Shown here: piece by piece, positions 1 to 12,480 of the stretch
Layout of the letters: every line of letters starts with the position of its first letter
Numbering within the stretch: position 1 is the first letter of the stretch
Assembly: GCA_964187785.1 (NCBI GenBank)
Contig: OZ076409.1
Location: 9,922,001 to 9,982,000 of the forward strand
Reading direction: 5' to 3'
DNA length: 60,000 bases
DNA from: Amphiscolops sp. MND2022
Lineage: Eukaryota
Position numbers and translations under genes: made by a program
Notes under the pieces: generated by a model
The model's database searches: none
What the model was told of the DNA's origin: nothing
What the model saw: the letters and a program-made list of their open reading frames with translations, nothing else

Positions 1-3000
1 CAAGAAGTCCAGCAAATCAATCGAGAACAACCCACTTGACATCAAGAAGTCAGTTGATCAAGTGAAGACAGTATTTTGCTCGACTCCGAATATCGAAGCT
101 AAGTTTTCTGGCATTATTAAAAACTAGAATGTTCCTGAATCCAATGAACTTGCATGGGAAAAAGGAGCCCCTGATATACCTGAGTACACGTCTTTGTATC
201 ATTTAAATGATCGAAATCGAAAGTTGGATATTTTTGATCATGAAGAAGTGTCTGTACATGAAGTGTTGTCACATTTAGATGTTAATTCCTCTGACATAGT
301 GTCAATGCCCAGACTTGCAAAGTTTGACGCCGCAAATTCACGTCCTAGGACCCTCTTAGTCAAGTTTAGAATTGAAATCTCTGCCCGAAAAGTTTTGGTA
401 AAAGCTTCTCTCCTCAACTCTTATTTGGACAATACCAAGGTAGTTATACCGAAAGTTATCATGTATTTGTGAATAAGTCACTGAGCAAAGGCGAACGAGA
501 AAAAAAACGTAAATCCTTTGTCAAAAGACCCAAACTTATAAACAACGGAGTAAACCCAATCAACCTCATTACCCGAATTATTGAACTTTACTGCAATAAT
601 AAAACGTTCAATTCCAGGGACTATCAAACCCTGTGCGTCAAACCCTCTAAACTAATTGTATCTATAACGTCGGAATTCTACTGAACGACCAAAAAAATTC
701 TATCCATCTTTATGTTACTGAATTATCATCAAGTGATGTGCATTAGTGAAACTTGGCTTACCGACAAAATCGGAGACGGCGAACTATTTCTTCCTCAATT
801 TTACATCGTTCGTTCAAACCGCCCTTGTAACAGCAATTTCATGGTGGTGCTATGCTATGTATACATAACTCAATTGCATCAACAAAGCTCTATCTGCCTG
901 ACAAATATTCATACTGTCATACTGTGATACTGAATACTGTGATGCTGCGCTCATTGCTTGCCTTAACAAGACTATCTTGATTGCTTCACAGTATAAGCCA
1001 TCAACGGATAGTAGCTACCGCCTACCAATGAGTGAAATCATTGAACTGACTAAATTGCTGCACTCACTTTTTTACTACGTAATATTAGTGGAAGATCTGA
1101 AACTTCATTCTTTTAGCTAGAATACACTTACTTCACCTGACGGATATGAGAACGCTTTGCTGCAACTAATTGATGATCTGAATATCAAGCAACATTAATC
1201 GTTTTTAGGTGATAACCTAGACCTAGTACAGGCCTCCAATAAAATATACCTCGTAGATGCTGCTCCCATTTCTCCAAATCAGCTCCCAACTTCCATACAC
1301 TTGCCCATATCATGCACACTTGCCATCGAAGACGAATTGAAACTACGCCAGTTCGCGACTGACTCCTAACTGAGTTATTGTTAAACTGACTACGTTATGC
1401 TGAACAATTGTTTAGAACAGGACGCTTTCTACTCTATTTGCTGGTCGAATGTCTCGGTCGTGGTAAGCAACTGGTATGAATGGCTTTGGCCAAAGATTAG
1501 AGCTTACACTCTTAGAAGGTCCAAACACCGGCTTGCCCCGTGGATTTCTCCTGAAACATCGAACCTGTTACACTGCAAATGGCATGTCAAATATCTCCAA
1601 GCAAACAATGAGCTTTGTGCCGCCTTCAACCGCAACAATTCTGATTACGAATCTAGACTTTCAGAGAAGCGAAACACAAGTTTCCTACTCAATTAAAACA
1701 AGTCTTTTAACAAGACACCTTACCCTGCAATAATGTATCTTGTTAAAGCCAAAGTTGAGTCCGATCTAGACAAAGCAAACCTGTTTGCTAACTTTTTTCC
1801 AATGTCTATGTTGAATCAAACAGTTTTTTATATGGTAAACTTGCAGCCGACTGTGCATTTCCTATTCTTGAAGAACTGTTCTTCAACGAAAGCGTTGTCC
1901 TAGAACTATGTACAACACCCGACGCTAACAAATCAAAAGGACCTCATGACCTTCCGGCAATATTCCACAAGAAATGTGCTCGTTCATTGTCGCATTCCCT
2001 CAGCCAAATCTCAAGAAAATTTGTCAAACCTCGACATATCCACCGAGGTGGAAGCGGTCCATAGTCGTCTCTATTCATTTGAAAGGCAGCTCACAAGATA
2101 TCTCCAACTACAGACCGATTTCAATCCTTGACTTGATTTCCAGAATTTTTGAATACTGTGTCTTCTCAGCACTTTATAATCACCTCTATCCTTTCTCCCT
2201 ATGATGCCCAGTACGGTTTTAGAAAAGACCGCTCTTGTATGTTACAACTACGTAAACATCTACATCTCAAATACAAAGCTATCGAACCTATCAAACCAGT
2301 TGACGTCATCTATACTGATTTTGAAAAAGCGTTCGAAAGAGTGGATCACAATATTTTACTACGAAAGCTTAATTTCTATGGAATTAGAGGCAAGCCTCCG
2401 ATCCTCATTGAATCATACTTGCGAAATTTACACCAGAGAGTAAAATTTAATAAAACGCTCTCGCATTGCTTTCTTCCAAGTAAAGGAGTTCCTCAAGGAG
2501 CCGTTCCAGCTGCTCTCTTTTACTTGGTTTTCAATATTGATCAACCGAAAGTATACATATCCAGTGAATCATTATTAATTGCAGATGATGCAAAATTTCT
2601 GAACTATGCCGTTGACATTGGCCCTTTCCAAAGTGACTTGAACGATATATTCTCATATATGGTTTGTAATCCCACCTCATTCAACACAGATAAATGGTAC
2701 TATATGCCATTTGAAAGAACAACATCTCCGCAATTATGCTTCACTGAAAACATTTTATGGAAAAGATAAAGCATAAAGACCTTGGACTTTTTAACAGCAG
2801 CAACTTATCGTGGAAACTACATTACGAAAAGGCAGTAATCAAAGCAAACAAAGTTTTATATGTGCTTTAACGCAATTCTCCTAACGTTCCTGCCTACACC
2901 AAATTGAATCTATTCAAAAGTGTGCTCCTTCCACTTTTAACCTACGCACCTCCCTGTATTGATCTGATTATGGAATGCAAGAAAATGCTCAAACCAGTAC

Positions 3001-3450
3001 AAACAAGACTTTTCCGCTGGATTTTTCCTGACCTCGATTATCGAAAGGTACATATAAAACTTAACGTTCTTCCTTTGCCATACTACTTTTAAGTATTAGA
3101 ATTGATCACCTTCTCTGAAGCCCTTAACATTTTTTTGGTGCCGACATGACAGAACATTTTTCGACGAACCCTCTACACCACTCAAACCGGTTAATATTTT
3201 CAAATGCGTTTCAGTGCGAAAGTCCCTGGAACAAGAAATGTGCAGATTTTCTGATTTCGAACTGCTAGATTGGAAAACTTATGTCCACCCTCTGTCAACA
3301 TCAGATGTTTTGCTGGCTTGAAACACCGCTCACTGAAATGGCTCATAGACATATATGGTGGAAGCTACCAAGGACATATAACCTCATATGGCGGCACATT
3401 GTGACTGTACAATAAACAACTGCAGAAACTTCATCAGGACAATTACTAAT
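1..3450 (+). mobile_element. Decayed non-LTR retrotransposon (LINE, CR1/L2/Jockey-like): ORF1 remnant, APE endonuclease and RT, many stops/frameshifts
   Basis: ORF1-like RPRTLLVKF / NKSLSKGEREKKRK (194-684); endonuclease CISETWL (~740); RT motifs NYRPISIL, QYGFRKDRSC, YTDFEKAFERVDH, GVPQGAV, IADDAKF (2100-2770). Confidence 0.9.
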
Positions 3451-3469
3451 GATTTATGACAAAACTCTG

Positions 3470-3710
3470 GCCGCTTAGTGCGAAAAAAAGTGTATTGGGA
3501 ACCTTAGGGTGTTTTCCAGGTTCTGGACGTCTATTTTGTTTTTTCTTTTTTCGTTTTGGACAATCGTTTGAGGTTCGAGAATTTTGAACCTTCGTAGTTC
3601 AAGTTGTTGATCAAAGAACTAAAAAGTGGACCTTACGCGTCTAAATAAGAACAAAAAACTACACACTGTAAGAGTCGGGCACATTTTCTACTGAAACGCG
3701 CCGTCTAAAA
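3470..3710 (+). repeat. Partial (3') copy of a dispersed non-autonomous element (Helentron/HINE-like)
   Basis: Ends actgtaagagtcgggc...gaaacgcgccgtctaaaaa, matching the ends of the copies at 4272-4760 and 47375-47960. Confidence 0.5.
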
Positions 3711-3719
3711 AGATTTGGC

Positions 3720-4080
3720 ATTAAATATGATCTGAGAAACATCTAGATGTTCGAAAATGTGTGAAAAATTCAAGTCCTGGGTCTCATGAGTTTGTGAGTT
3801 TTTCAATCATTCATAGAGACCCGATACTTTTCGACTTAATATATTTGTGATATTGATAACAGTTAACAACAGAATGATTTCGAAATCTAAATTCTTTTAA
3901 TTGCTTTATAGACATCAATGCAGAGCATGAACCGGACGGACTACTTCAGGAAATTGCCTCAGTCCTCTCCCTGCTGGTGTACTTACTGCCAACACGGTGT
4001 ACACATGCAACCAAAAGGGAAAGGACACGGACGTATGAATGCCATTTAAGTCAGTATAAATTTTACATTGCAGGTATTTA
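3720..4080 (+). pseudogene. Fragment of an unidentified decayed gene, paralogous to 43250-43570
   Basis: Shared DNA (agacatcaatgcaga; tgatattg..aacag.taac) and shared translation YRHQCR in both copies. Confidence 0.4.
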
Positions 4081-4271
4081 ATTCGTAAAAGACTTTAATC
4101 TACAACCGTTGACGAAGCCACGTTGTAGAATTTGAAGTTTGCAAAATTGTAAACCGAAACTTCCGGCCTAACATTTTTTACGCGTGATCATTTTTGCTTT
4201 CGGTTTCGTATGATTTTAAAATAAAAATTAGTTCTTTTTCTTCTACATTGAAATGAAACATTAACACGCCG

Positions 4272-4760
4272 CAAACAGTCCAAAATGGCTTCAATTCTAA
4301 AGCTCAAAAATATTCAAGGAACAACAATTGAAAACATTTGGAAAATGTTTTTTTTTTCGAAAAAATCATTTTTTTTCAAAAAAAAAGTATTTACAAAAAC
4401 TGCGTATTTCCGAAAAACCCAAAAAGGACCCGTTAGGCTCAATAAATATTTTTTACAAACCGAAAACTTCAAAAAACTGAAGGAAATTTCAAAAATTTTT
4501 GAAAAATTGTCTGTCGCATAGTCTCGAAAAAAACCGCAAAGGGGGGACCCTTTGGTTTCGACTATACTTTTGGAAACATAAAAGTTTTGTGGTTTAGTTG
4601 GAGAATCGAACCGACGCTCTCCTGCTTCTCAGACACCAAAAAAGTATCCGGCCAAGATGTTCAACAAATGAACAAAAAAAGTGAACCGATCGCGTTGAGC
4701 TGACCAAAAAAACTAGCCACTGTAAGAGTTGTTCTTTTTCTTCGAAAACGCCAACCGAAA
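4272..4760 (+). repeat. Dispersed non-autonomous element (Helentron/HINE-like), diverged copy
   Basis: Colinear similarity to the reverse complement of 47375-47960 (ttctaa.gctc...tattcaa; ctagccactgtaagagt...ttcgaaaacgcc). Confidence 0.6.
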
Positions 4761-6187
4761 GTAGTAAATAATTCTGCAATCCGAATGAAGCTCATACAAT
4801 ATAAAAATCTAAATTGAAATAAACACACGAAATAGTTTAGTGAACTGGTTTCAGTACTGTACCGAAGTAGTTGTCAAAGTTCACTTAAAATATAAAGTAA
4901 TTTTTACAAATAAATACCACGTTATGGCAGCGTCACTCAACAGGATTAGCAACCGGTGTTTCTTTTCTATGGACCAGTTGGGTCGTCTCTTGGTTGAGTT
5001 ATTTGCGCTCAAGCCAATACAAACGGTCCTATGACGTTTTAACTAGTATTTAGGAATGATTTTCACCAATGACTGACGTAGTCTCTACGTCACGTCGCCA
5101 GTCGAAGATGACTGCTCTTAATAGGTGCGTCAACACTACGTCGCACTTTGAGGTTGCTACTAAGAGGAAAATATGTTTTCTACTAACTGCAAAGGGAATG
5201 GTTCCCGGTAGAGTAGTGATTAAAACAAGATAAATTTGCAATAAGCAATTTGCAAAGGAAAGGTGAACTGTCGAGTGAGGTTTAGACTAAACCTAATTCG
5301 TCAAGATACTGAAGTGCTCATGAAAAGTGTTCAAATTTTCATGAAAAGCTTTAATTGAACGTCTTCTTTATGGTTTACTATATCAAGTTGTTATAATGAT
5401 ATGATTAGTGTAAAAATTCCTGTAACATGAAAATTGTGACGTAAGGTCAACGCTACCTCAAACTATTCTGTGTGTTCCGAAATTTCTCATTCAAAACAAG
5501 CGCGTTTTCATATGGTTGCCAGTGCGTGATAGTCCTTCTATACGCCAGTTTGAATTTCATTGTCATGACATGTATGAAACATGGAGTTTAAAATGGTACA
5601 TTAACCATAATTGTATGTAATGCGCAGAGTTTGCGCTGTGTTTTTTGTTGGCGTAGTTTCACATGAAGTTTAGTTAAACAGTAGTATTGACATCATTTGT
5701 CCCTCTTCTTATCGAGAAGCTAGTGTTATCAGATTCCAATAGTTAGTTTTTCCGTTATAGTCACGTCACCATATTTGTGTCGTACTTTTATTGCGAGCAT
5801 CTTAAAATTCCCAACTTGGAAGGAAATTGACTAATCCGTCATACCGGCGTGTTTGCTTCGTTGCAATCGTAGCACGGACTTTTTTGCCGCCATTTTGGAA
5901 GACAAAAAGGAAATTTACTTGTCTGAACAAAATGATTGCAATAAAAATGACGCCGATATTGAGCAGATATTGTTTTTAAATCCTGATTTTATGATCCAGG
6001 GCTGAAATGAAATGAATAAACTAGGTTTTTTTAAACAAACTGGACTCGCATGAGACCTAGGACGTTTTAGGTGTGGAACGAATGATGCTAAGGAAGTATG
6101 AATATGTAGTAACATGTAAAAATTTTCAATCAACTGTTTTACCATCTTGCTTGACGTTGCTCAAACGAAAAACAATTTTTCTTTGAC

Positions 6188-6782
6188 GAATTCATCCATT
6201 CCAAAGATCTTCACTTTTCAATCTAGAATAACTATTTGAAACCAAAAAGGAAAGTTAGCTGAAAAGCTGACTTCAGCAAACCTCTAAACACTTGTACTTG
6301 AAAATAATCAGGTTGAAAGCCTCAACATACTAGCCGCAAAGCAAAAAGAGATGTTGGAACTGATAGTCCATCTAGTAAAAAGCCTGTTAACCTCCAAAAC
6401 TTGGAAAATACTGACATTGAAGCTCAAAATGATTTCCCTACGAACACATCAACACCTATAAGACCTCAAGCGACAACTCAAAAAACAATTCTGGCGAATA
6501 GTCGTAACGGAAATAGCACGAATTTCCGTAAAAAACGCTCTCGGCGGACTTGGCACACTCATCATTTTCAAGGAGCTGGAAGGTGTAACATGCCAATTGT
6601 CGGCAATCTCTAAGTTGCATATTGAAGACGAACAGCTGGAGCACCATCTATGGCTAAAAAAGAGCAAAAGTATTTCAAATCGTCGAGAACTTTTTCTTAA
6701 ACCTCAATCTCCTTGTGCCGAATGGCGATCTTTCAATTAATGTGTAGTTTTCTGGCGTTTGCCATGAAATGGTCACTTTGAC
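6188..6782 (+). repeat. Direct repeat copy 1; contains a Gypsy LTR 3' end carrying gag N-terminal coding sequence
   Basis: Colinear with 7941-8614; translates QKEMLELI...LENTD...FPTNTS; LTR-end-like aatagtcgtaac at ~6498-6509. Confidence 0.7.
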
Positions 6783-7907
6783 CAACTTGACGAAAAAAAC
6801 GGCGAAAGGCTCCGACTGAAAAATTGAAGCTTACCACGTACGGATACTGAAACCCATGTAATAAGAAGCCTGTTAATCTCCAAAACCTCCATAATGGAGC
6901 GATCTACGGAAAGTGCCGGACCATGTCATGTAGTTCCTCAATCGCGCATACCTAGCAGAGAAAAGGTATAACGACCTGGTCCTTTATCTCGAAAAAGTGT
7001 TGCACCTCAATCGAATGAGCGCACCAGATGAAACCACTCTGGTATCGCTGAATACGGTTGACATAGCCCCTACGGAACCCAAAAAAGTACAAAACGAACG
7101 AGGGGTAACTGTTTCCACTGTGGCAGATATGGTCACTACAAGGCCCAATATCGCGAACTGAAAAAAGACAGGTACTATAAAACCAAAGCCCAAAACGGAG
7201 TCACAAACCCCACAGACGCCCCAAAACCTAAATGCGACACTTGCGTTGCGGAAAACAAGGCCACAAGACCGAAAACTGCTGTGACGGAGCGAATGCGGCA
7301 ATAACCTAGGAAAAAGGAACGAGAGTTTGCGATCCATACAAGCAAAATCAGCAAGCACCCTTTTCCCACTTTCGAGATCCAGCCAAACAACTGAATGTGC
7401 CGGGCCTACGCTTCGTGGTAAAATAGACGCCAAGGAGTACACAATAGAAGACCCCCCAAATCGCCGCGAGGACGATTTGCACACTGAATGTAACGAAGAG
7501 CCTACACAGGACCGGCAAAGATGTTGGAATGTGGCCATCGCAAGATATCACGACAATCCAAAACCATTTACCACTTCCTGAATGGATAAAAGAGTCGCCT
7601 GACAACTATGCCACTTTAAAACGCCCATTGCCAGAATCCAAGACGGACAGAAATTACGTCAATGACATGAACTATCGTTGTGACCCTTGTGAGAAGCAAG
7701 ATATTTTCCACACGAATTCTTTCTCATTCAAAATCCACCTGCAAAACCCCCCACAGAACCAGAAGAACAAATAACAAACCTACCATTGCCAGTCTCGCCA
7801 AATTTGAAAAAGTCAAAACCACCTCCGGTGACGCCGTCACAGTAACGTCCACACCAATTAATGCAGACGACATAATCTGCATTGAGGATAAAACGCTTTG
7901 GTCAGGA

Positions 7908-7910
<3 letters not shown>

Positions 7911-7937
<27 letters not shown>
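7911..7937 (+). repeat. (CAA)9 microsatellite
   Basis: caacaacaa... run read directly. Confidence 0.95.
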
Positions 7938-7938
<1 letters not shown>

Positions 7939-7940
7939 CA

Positions 7941-8614
7941 CGATTCACCGATTCCGAAGATCTTCACTTTTAATCTATAATAACTACTAGAAGCCAAAAC
8001 AGAAAATTAGCAGCAAGCCTCTAAACCCTTGTACTTGACAATAATCAGGCTGAAAGCCTTATAGCAGGCCTTTGCAAAAATCTAAGAATTCAATCTAAAA
8101 ATCTGGGCAAAATTATGTTGACACTTAGGAAGGAATTCATGTGCGACCTTACCAACATTCTAGCCGCAAACCAAAAAGAGATGTTGGAACTGATAGCCCC
8201 ATCTAGTAAAAAGCCTGTTCACCTCCAAAGTTTGGAAAATACTGACTCTGAACCTGCAAATGTTTTCCCTACGAGTACATCATAAACACATATAAAACCT
8301 AAGACGACTACTCAAAAAAACTCTGGTGAATAGTTGTAACAGAAATAACACGAAGTTCCGTAAAAACGCTCTCAGCGGATATGGTACACTGATCAAGTTC
8401 AAGGCGCTGGAAGGTGTAACATGCCAATTGTCCGCAATCTCTGCGTTGCATAGTGAAGCCTAACAGCTGGAGCATCGTCTAAGACTCAAAAAGAGCAAAA
8501 AAATTTCAAAGCGTCGATAACATTTTCTCAAACCTCAATCTAATTGTGCCGAATGGGGTTCATTCGTTTAATTTTGTAGTTTTTTGGCATTTGCTGTGAA
8601 ATGGTCAGTTTGAC
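7941..8614 (+). repeat. Direct repeat copy 2 (has ~95 bp extra at ~8059-8152)
   Basis: Colinear with 6188-6782; translates LTNILAANQKEMLELIAPSSKKP; ends gaaatggtcagtttgac. Confidence 0.7.
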
Positions 8615-8619
8615 ACATA

Positions 8620-9130
8620 TTTAATCGAAAACCAATTGTTGATTCCCTACATAAAAATAAAACTTCTAGCAGATTTATAAATTAGATTTTCCCTTCTTTT
8701 AGCAGCTGCTACAAGACTCTCAATTGTTATCCTGAAAGTATTCTCAAACTGTCGCTTGAACGAGCAATTATTGATTTGAATTTGTTCAAAGCCACACAAA
8801 AAAGAGAAGTGACGTTTCTGTTAATTTTAATTTCTGTAACAACTGTCGTGATTTCACAAACTTCCGCACAATGACATGAAGGAATCAACCACTTCCTGAG
8901 CTTCAAGTACACTAAATTTGTTGCTTGAATGAGCGATTCATTATTTATATTTGTTCAAAGCCAAATAAAAGAGTGACGTTTCTGGTAACTTCATTTTCTG
9001 TAACATCTGTCGTGGTCAACTCCACCAACAAACTTCAAATCGCCCTGTTGGTATGACATGACATAATCAAGCGTTTGAAGTCTTTTGTCATTTTGAGCAA
9101 AAACGATGAGATCTCTGAAACAAAAAATTT
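8620..9130 (+). promoter_or_regulatory. Conserved upstream block of lectin gene 1, with a pyrimidine-tract/AG acceptor-like site and an internally duplicated ~170-bp module
   Basis: Homologous to 43710-44050 upstream of lectin gene 2 (ttttcccttcttttag|cagctgc vs tttttctctccttcag|cagctgc); module ttgttcaaagcc...gacgtttctg...ctgtcgtg appears twice. Confidence 0.5.
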
Positions 9131-9337
9131 CTTCGAACACTTTGTTCCTTGTTTTTTTTTCAAGAGACAAAAGGCTTTTGCTTTTGCCGCTGTCCCTACC
9201 TCATTTCTTTGTTTTCAATACTCACCACAAAGGCAAACCTTAGACTCAGTTCAATTATTTATCATACTTCTACATTCGACATCAAAAAAGGTCCACTAAA
9301 TGAACAAAACCAGACTGCATCTTAATTGAAAAGAGTT

Positions 9338-10258
9338 ATGCTTGGGGTTATCAGTGTTTATGTAACATTAACACTGGTTGCAAAAACAGCGAATGGCAAT
9401 CCGAGAATATCTCGTTCCACGGCATTTGAAGACCCAATAAATGAGAAACGTTTGGACGCAGGAAAAGTTATTGAAACACAACAAGAATCATCGCGTACAA
9501 AATGCGCTCTTGCTTGTTCTAAAAATGATGACTGCCTTTCTTTTGGTTTTTGTGGAAAAACCTATTGCAAATTGTACAGCGAAGATATTTTTTCAACGGA
9601 GTATGGTGAGAACATTCTAGAAGAAGATGCAAACTGTAAGTACTATGGAATGAAAAGGGAATCGGAACCAATATGCCAGCAAGACGGCGTGTTTGCAGAC
9701 ATACAGAGTGATGATGGAAACAGTACCGGTTGTCTCATAGGTGGAAAGCGAGTTGATACAATGTGGGGCCAATGGGGAGGAAAAGAAATAGTAGATGACC
9801 CTCCTGATTGGAAAATAGTTAACAAGAGAGAGACTTTGGTTGATGCAGCTCACGGAGGAATTCATGACTTGGCAGATTCTGAGCGAGCTTTAGAATGGAT
9901 CAAGTTTGTAGATCGAGAGATGACATGGTTTGATGCAAAAGCAAATTGCGAAAAAGTAAATGGAACTTTGTTCTCCAGAGTAGATGGAACTCAGGAGCAA
10001 TTAGATTTCTTGCTACAGAAAATGAATGGAACGGCACACTGGTTGGGGATCTACACCGAGGATTACAAAGTGTGGAAATCAGTGACGGGTGACGTCTTTG
10101 GCCGAAATCCCATGTTTTGGAAATTTTGGCTGTTAAACGATCCAGAAAATCAGCAAAAATACGTCGCTAACTACCCTGCGTCGAATACTGTGGGATTTAC
10201 TGGTTTCGTTGTTGACGAAAACTCAAGAGCCAAGGGCTCAGTCTGTGACATGCTGTGA
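9338..10258 (+). CDS. Secreted PAN/Apple + C-type lectin domain protein (paralog 1), uninterrupted ORF, 306 aa
   Basis: Hydrophobic signal peptide MLGVISVYVTLTLVA; PAN-like CALACSKNDDCLSFGFC...CKLY; CTLD MTWFDAKANC...GTLFS, HWLGI, terminal SVCDML; first ATG at 9338. Confidence 0.85.
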   Translation: MLGVISVYVTLTLVAKTANGNPRISRSTAFEDPINEKRLDAGKVIETQQESSRTKCALACSKNDDCLSFGFCGKTYCKLYSEDIFSTEYGENILEEDANCKYYGMKRESEPICQQDGVFADIQSDDGNSTGCLIGGKRVDTMWGQWGGKEIVDDPPDWKIVNKRETLVDAAHGGIHDLADSERALEWIKFVDREMTWFDAKANCEKVNGTLFSRVDGTQEQLDFLLQKMNGTAHWLGIYTEDYKVWKSVTGDVFGRNPMFWKFWLLNDPENQQKYVANYPASNTVGFTGFVVDENSRAKGSVCDML

Positions 10259-11273
10259 CGTTTACACGAACTGCTTCAAATGCGGAAACTGGGAAAGCTA
10301 GAGACAAAAGCAATCATTACTGATAAAACAAGTAATCAGTTTCTCAATGCAACCTTTAAAAAATAAATTTTGAAGATTTGTTCTTGTTGTTTTTAAATCG
10401 CCGGTACTACTGACTTCTACCGCAAAATTGCTGGAACCTAGAAGACTGTTTTCACCTCCATTTCAAGAGCTCGTTCTTTAGACTGTTCAATTAAACAATA
10501 CGACGACGCCTCAAGTCAGAGACTCGTCCTAAAGCCTAAAAACCCATTTTCTCATAATTATTCTCAACACCTGGCTGTAAGCAAATGTTTATAAACTTCA
10601 GAGATCAAAAAAGTGGCCCTAGAATACGCTTTTCTCTGATTTCATCAATTTTGAATAACATTGAGTTTCAAATAACGACGGGAACTAATTCCAAAATTAT
10701 ACTTGCTTTCAAATGTAAGTGCTTTATTACATAACATTTTTACTGTTTACAAATGAAAAACTCCACGCTGTCCACTGATGTTTATAAAAAATTGTTGAAA
10801 ATCGTGGTTACAACACACTTTCGGAAGTTGAAATCTATCAAACATACAAAAACACGTGCAGAAGCAGGAAAACACCTTGTCACTGCTGCTGGAAAGTTGG
10901 AGTACTCTTCAAAACTATTCGTTAACGTTATCAATGGCAATTCATAGCCGCTAAGGTGCTTAGCACAACCCTTGTAAAGAATACACATTTGAGACCAATT
11001 GAAATCATAATTTAAGTTATCTGCATCGCAAATAGTCTCGAAGATAGGCATTCAAAAACTAGATTGGATAGCACTCTGAGTTGAACAATGATCAGTTTTG
11101 GTGAACGAAAAAAGACTTTCATGGAACCTGCTCCGATTCAATTTTACTGCACTAGAAAAGAGGCTTCACAAATTTCCGTTGAAAGAGGGTGTGACATTCG
11201 TTGCTATGACATGGAGGAATCAACCGCTTGAAGACTTCCTCCATTTTGAGTAAAATTCATAAAAACTAATTAA

Positions 11274-12210
11274 AATTGGAGCCAGTCAATTGCAAGACGA
11301 GCAACTGAATTTTGAACGTGACTGATGAAACTTGAAACTCAAAAAACTTTGAAAGTTTTAGTTGGAAAATTACAAGTTTCACCAGGAATAATGCATCCTC
11401 CCAAAAAGGGCCAACCTCCCCCTTTTTGAGAAGCACTCGTTCAATCACCGTGAAATTTGGCATGTATAGACTAAGGGTGCTAACCCAACTTTTGACTCGA
11501 AACACACAACCCCGTATCTCCCCTGGGTTCTGAGCAATTAACACCGAAAGTGACCTAGGTCAGACCACATGAAAACCCAATTTCGATAGACAAATTATTA
11601 TGTGATTTTCTCATATGACCTTGAAGGAAATTTAATTCTGTTGAAATTGGTGATTTTTTCATTGTGTAAACATACTTTCAAGCTCACCTAACCAACATAC
11701 CAAAACCACCACAAAGTTTGTTTCCTTAACCAACAACTTCATATTATGCTTTAAAAGTCATTCATTTATACGTTTGTATATTTGCATATACTTACTGAAG
11801 AATTGAAAACGATTGTTACGAGAAACAATATTATTAGATAGAGATTTTCACGACTGACAAGCTACAGTCATTTTGGGTCTCAGGACCGCGAGAATAATTA
11901 ACTTACCTCATCTTTAAAACTTTTCGCTAGAGTCAGAGCGAATAAGTAGCGACTCTCATTGTTGGAGAGCCGGAGCGCGTAAAGATACAAAGCGGGAAGT
12001 TTGTGCAGGATCACATCGGAACTAAGTCAGTGCAAAGAAGGACCAGGAGATTCCACGGGTCACAATGGACCCTCCAGCCAAAAGATAGAGTCCTTTAAAA
12101 CAAGCAAAACCAGGATTTGTTTAGTAACGGTCCACAGTACTAAGCAACGGATCAGGGCGGCGTAAAATTTGTCAAGCCTCAGAGCAGGATAACGGAAAGA
12201 AGACGTTACA
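11274..12210 (+). repeat. BEL 5' LTR (5' TG eroded)
   Basis: Colinear with 17599-18572; ends cgttaca. Confidence 0.85.
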
Positions 12211-12326
12211 TTTGGTCCGCCGACCCGGACTAGAAGAAGAAAACGAGGACGAAGACGACTCGTTGGTGGACAAATGAGAAGATTGCCCAAGAAGAACAGT
12301 TGTCTGAATCTTGGAGTCTTTGATTT

Positions 12327-12480
12327 TGTGTCTCTGGGAGTTTGGGCTATTGTGACTCGGGGTGTTTGGGCTACTGTATCTCTGGGAGATTGGGCTACTC
12401 TGTCTCTGGGAGATTGGGCTATGGTGTCTCTGGGAGATTGGGCTACTGTGTCTCTGGGATTTTGGGCTATTGTGTCTTTG
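12327..12480 (+). repeat. 24-bp tandem repeat, ~6.4 copies (tgtgtctctgggagattgggctac)
   Basis: Units start at 12327, 12351, 12375, 12399, 12423, 12447, 12471. Confidence 0.92.

Noticed and set aside
5830..5900. YY1-like gccgccattttg / possible minus-strand first exon (MAAKKSVLRL...)
   Set aside because: Short, no supporting downstream exons or homology recognized
12327..12480. CRISPR array
   Set aside because: Contiguous 24-bp units with no unique spacers; eukaryotic context; no cas genes
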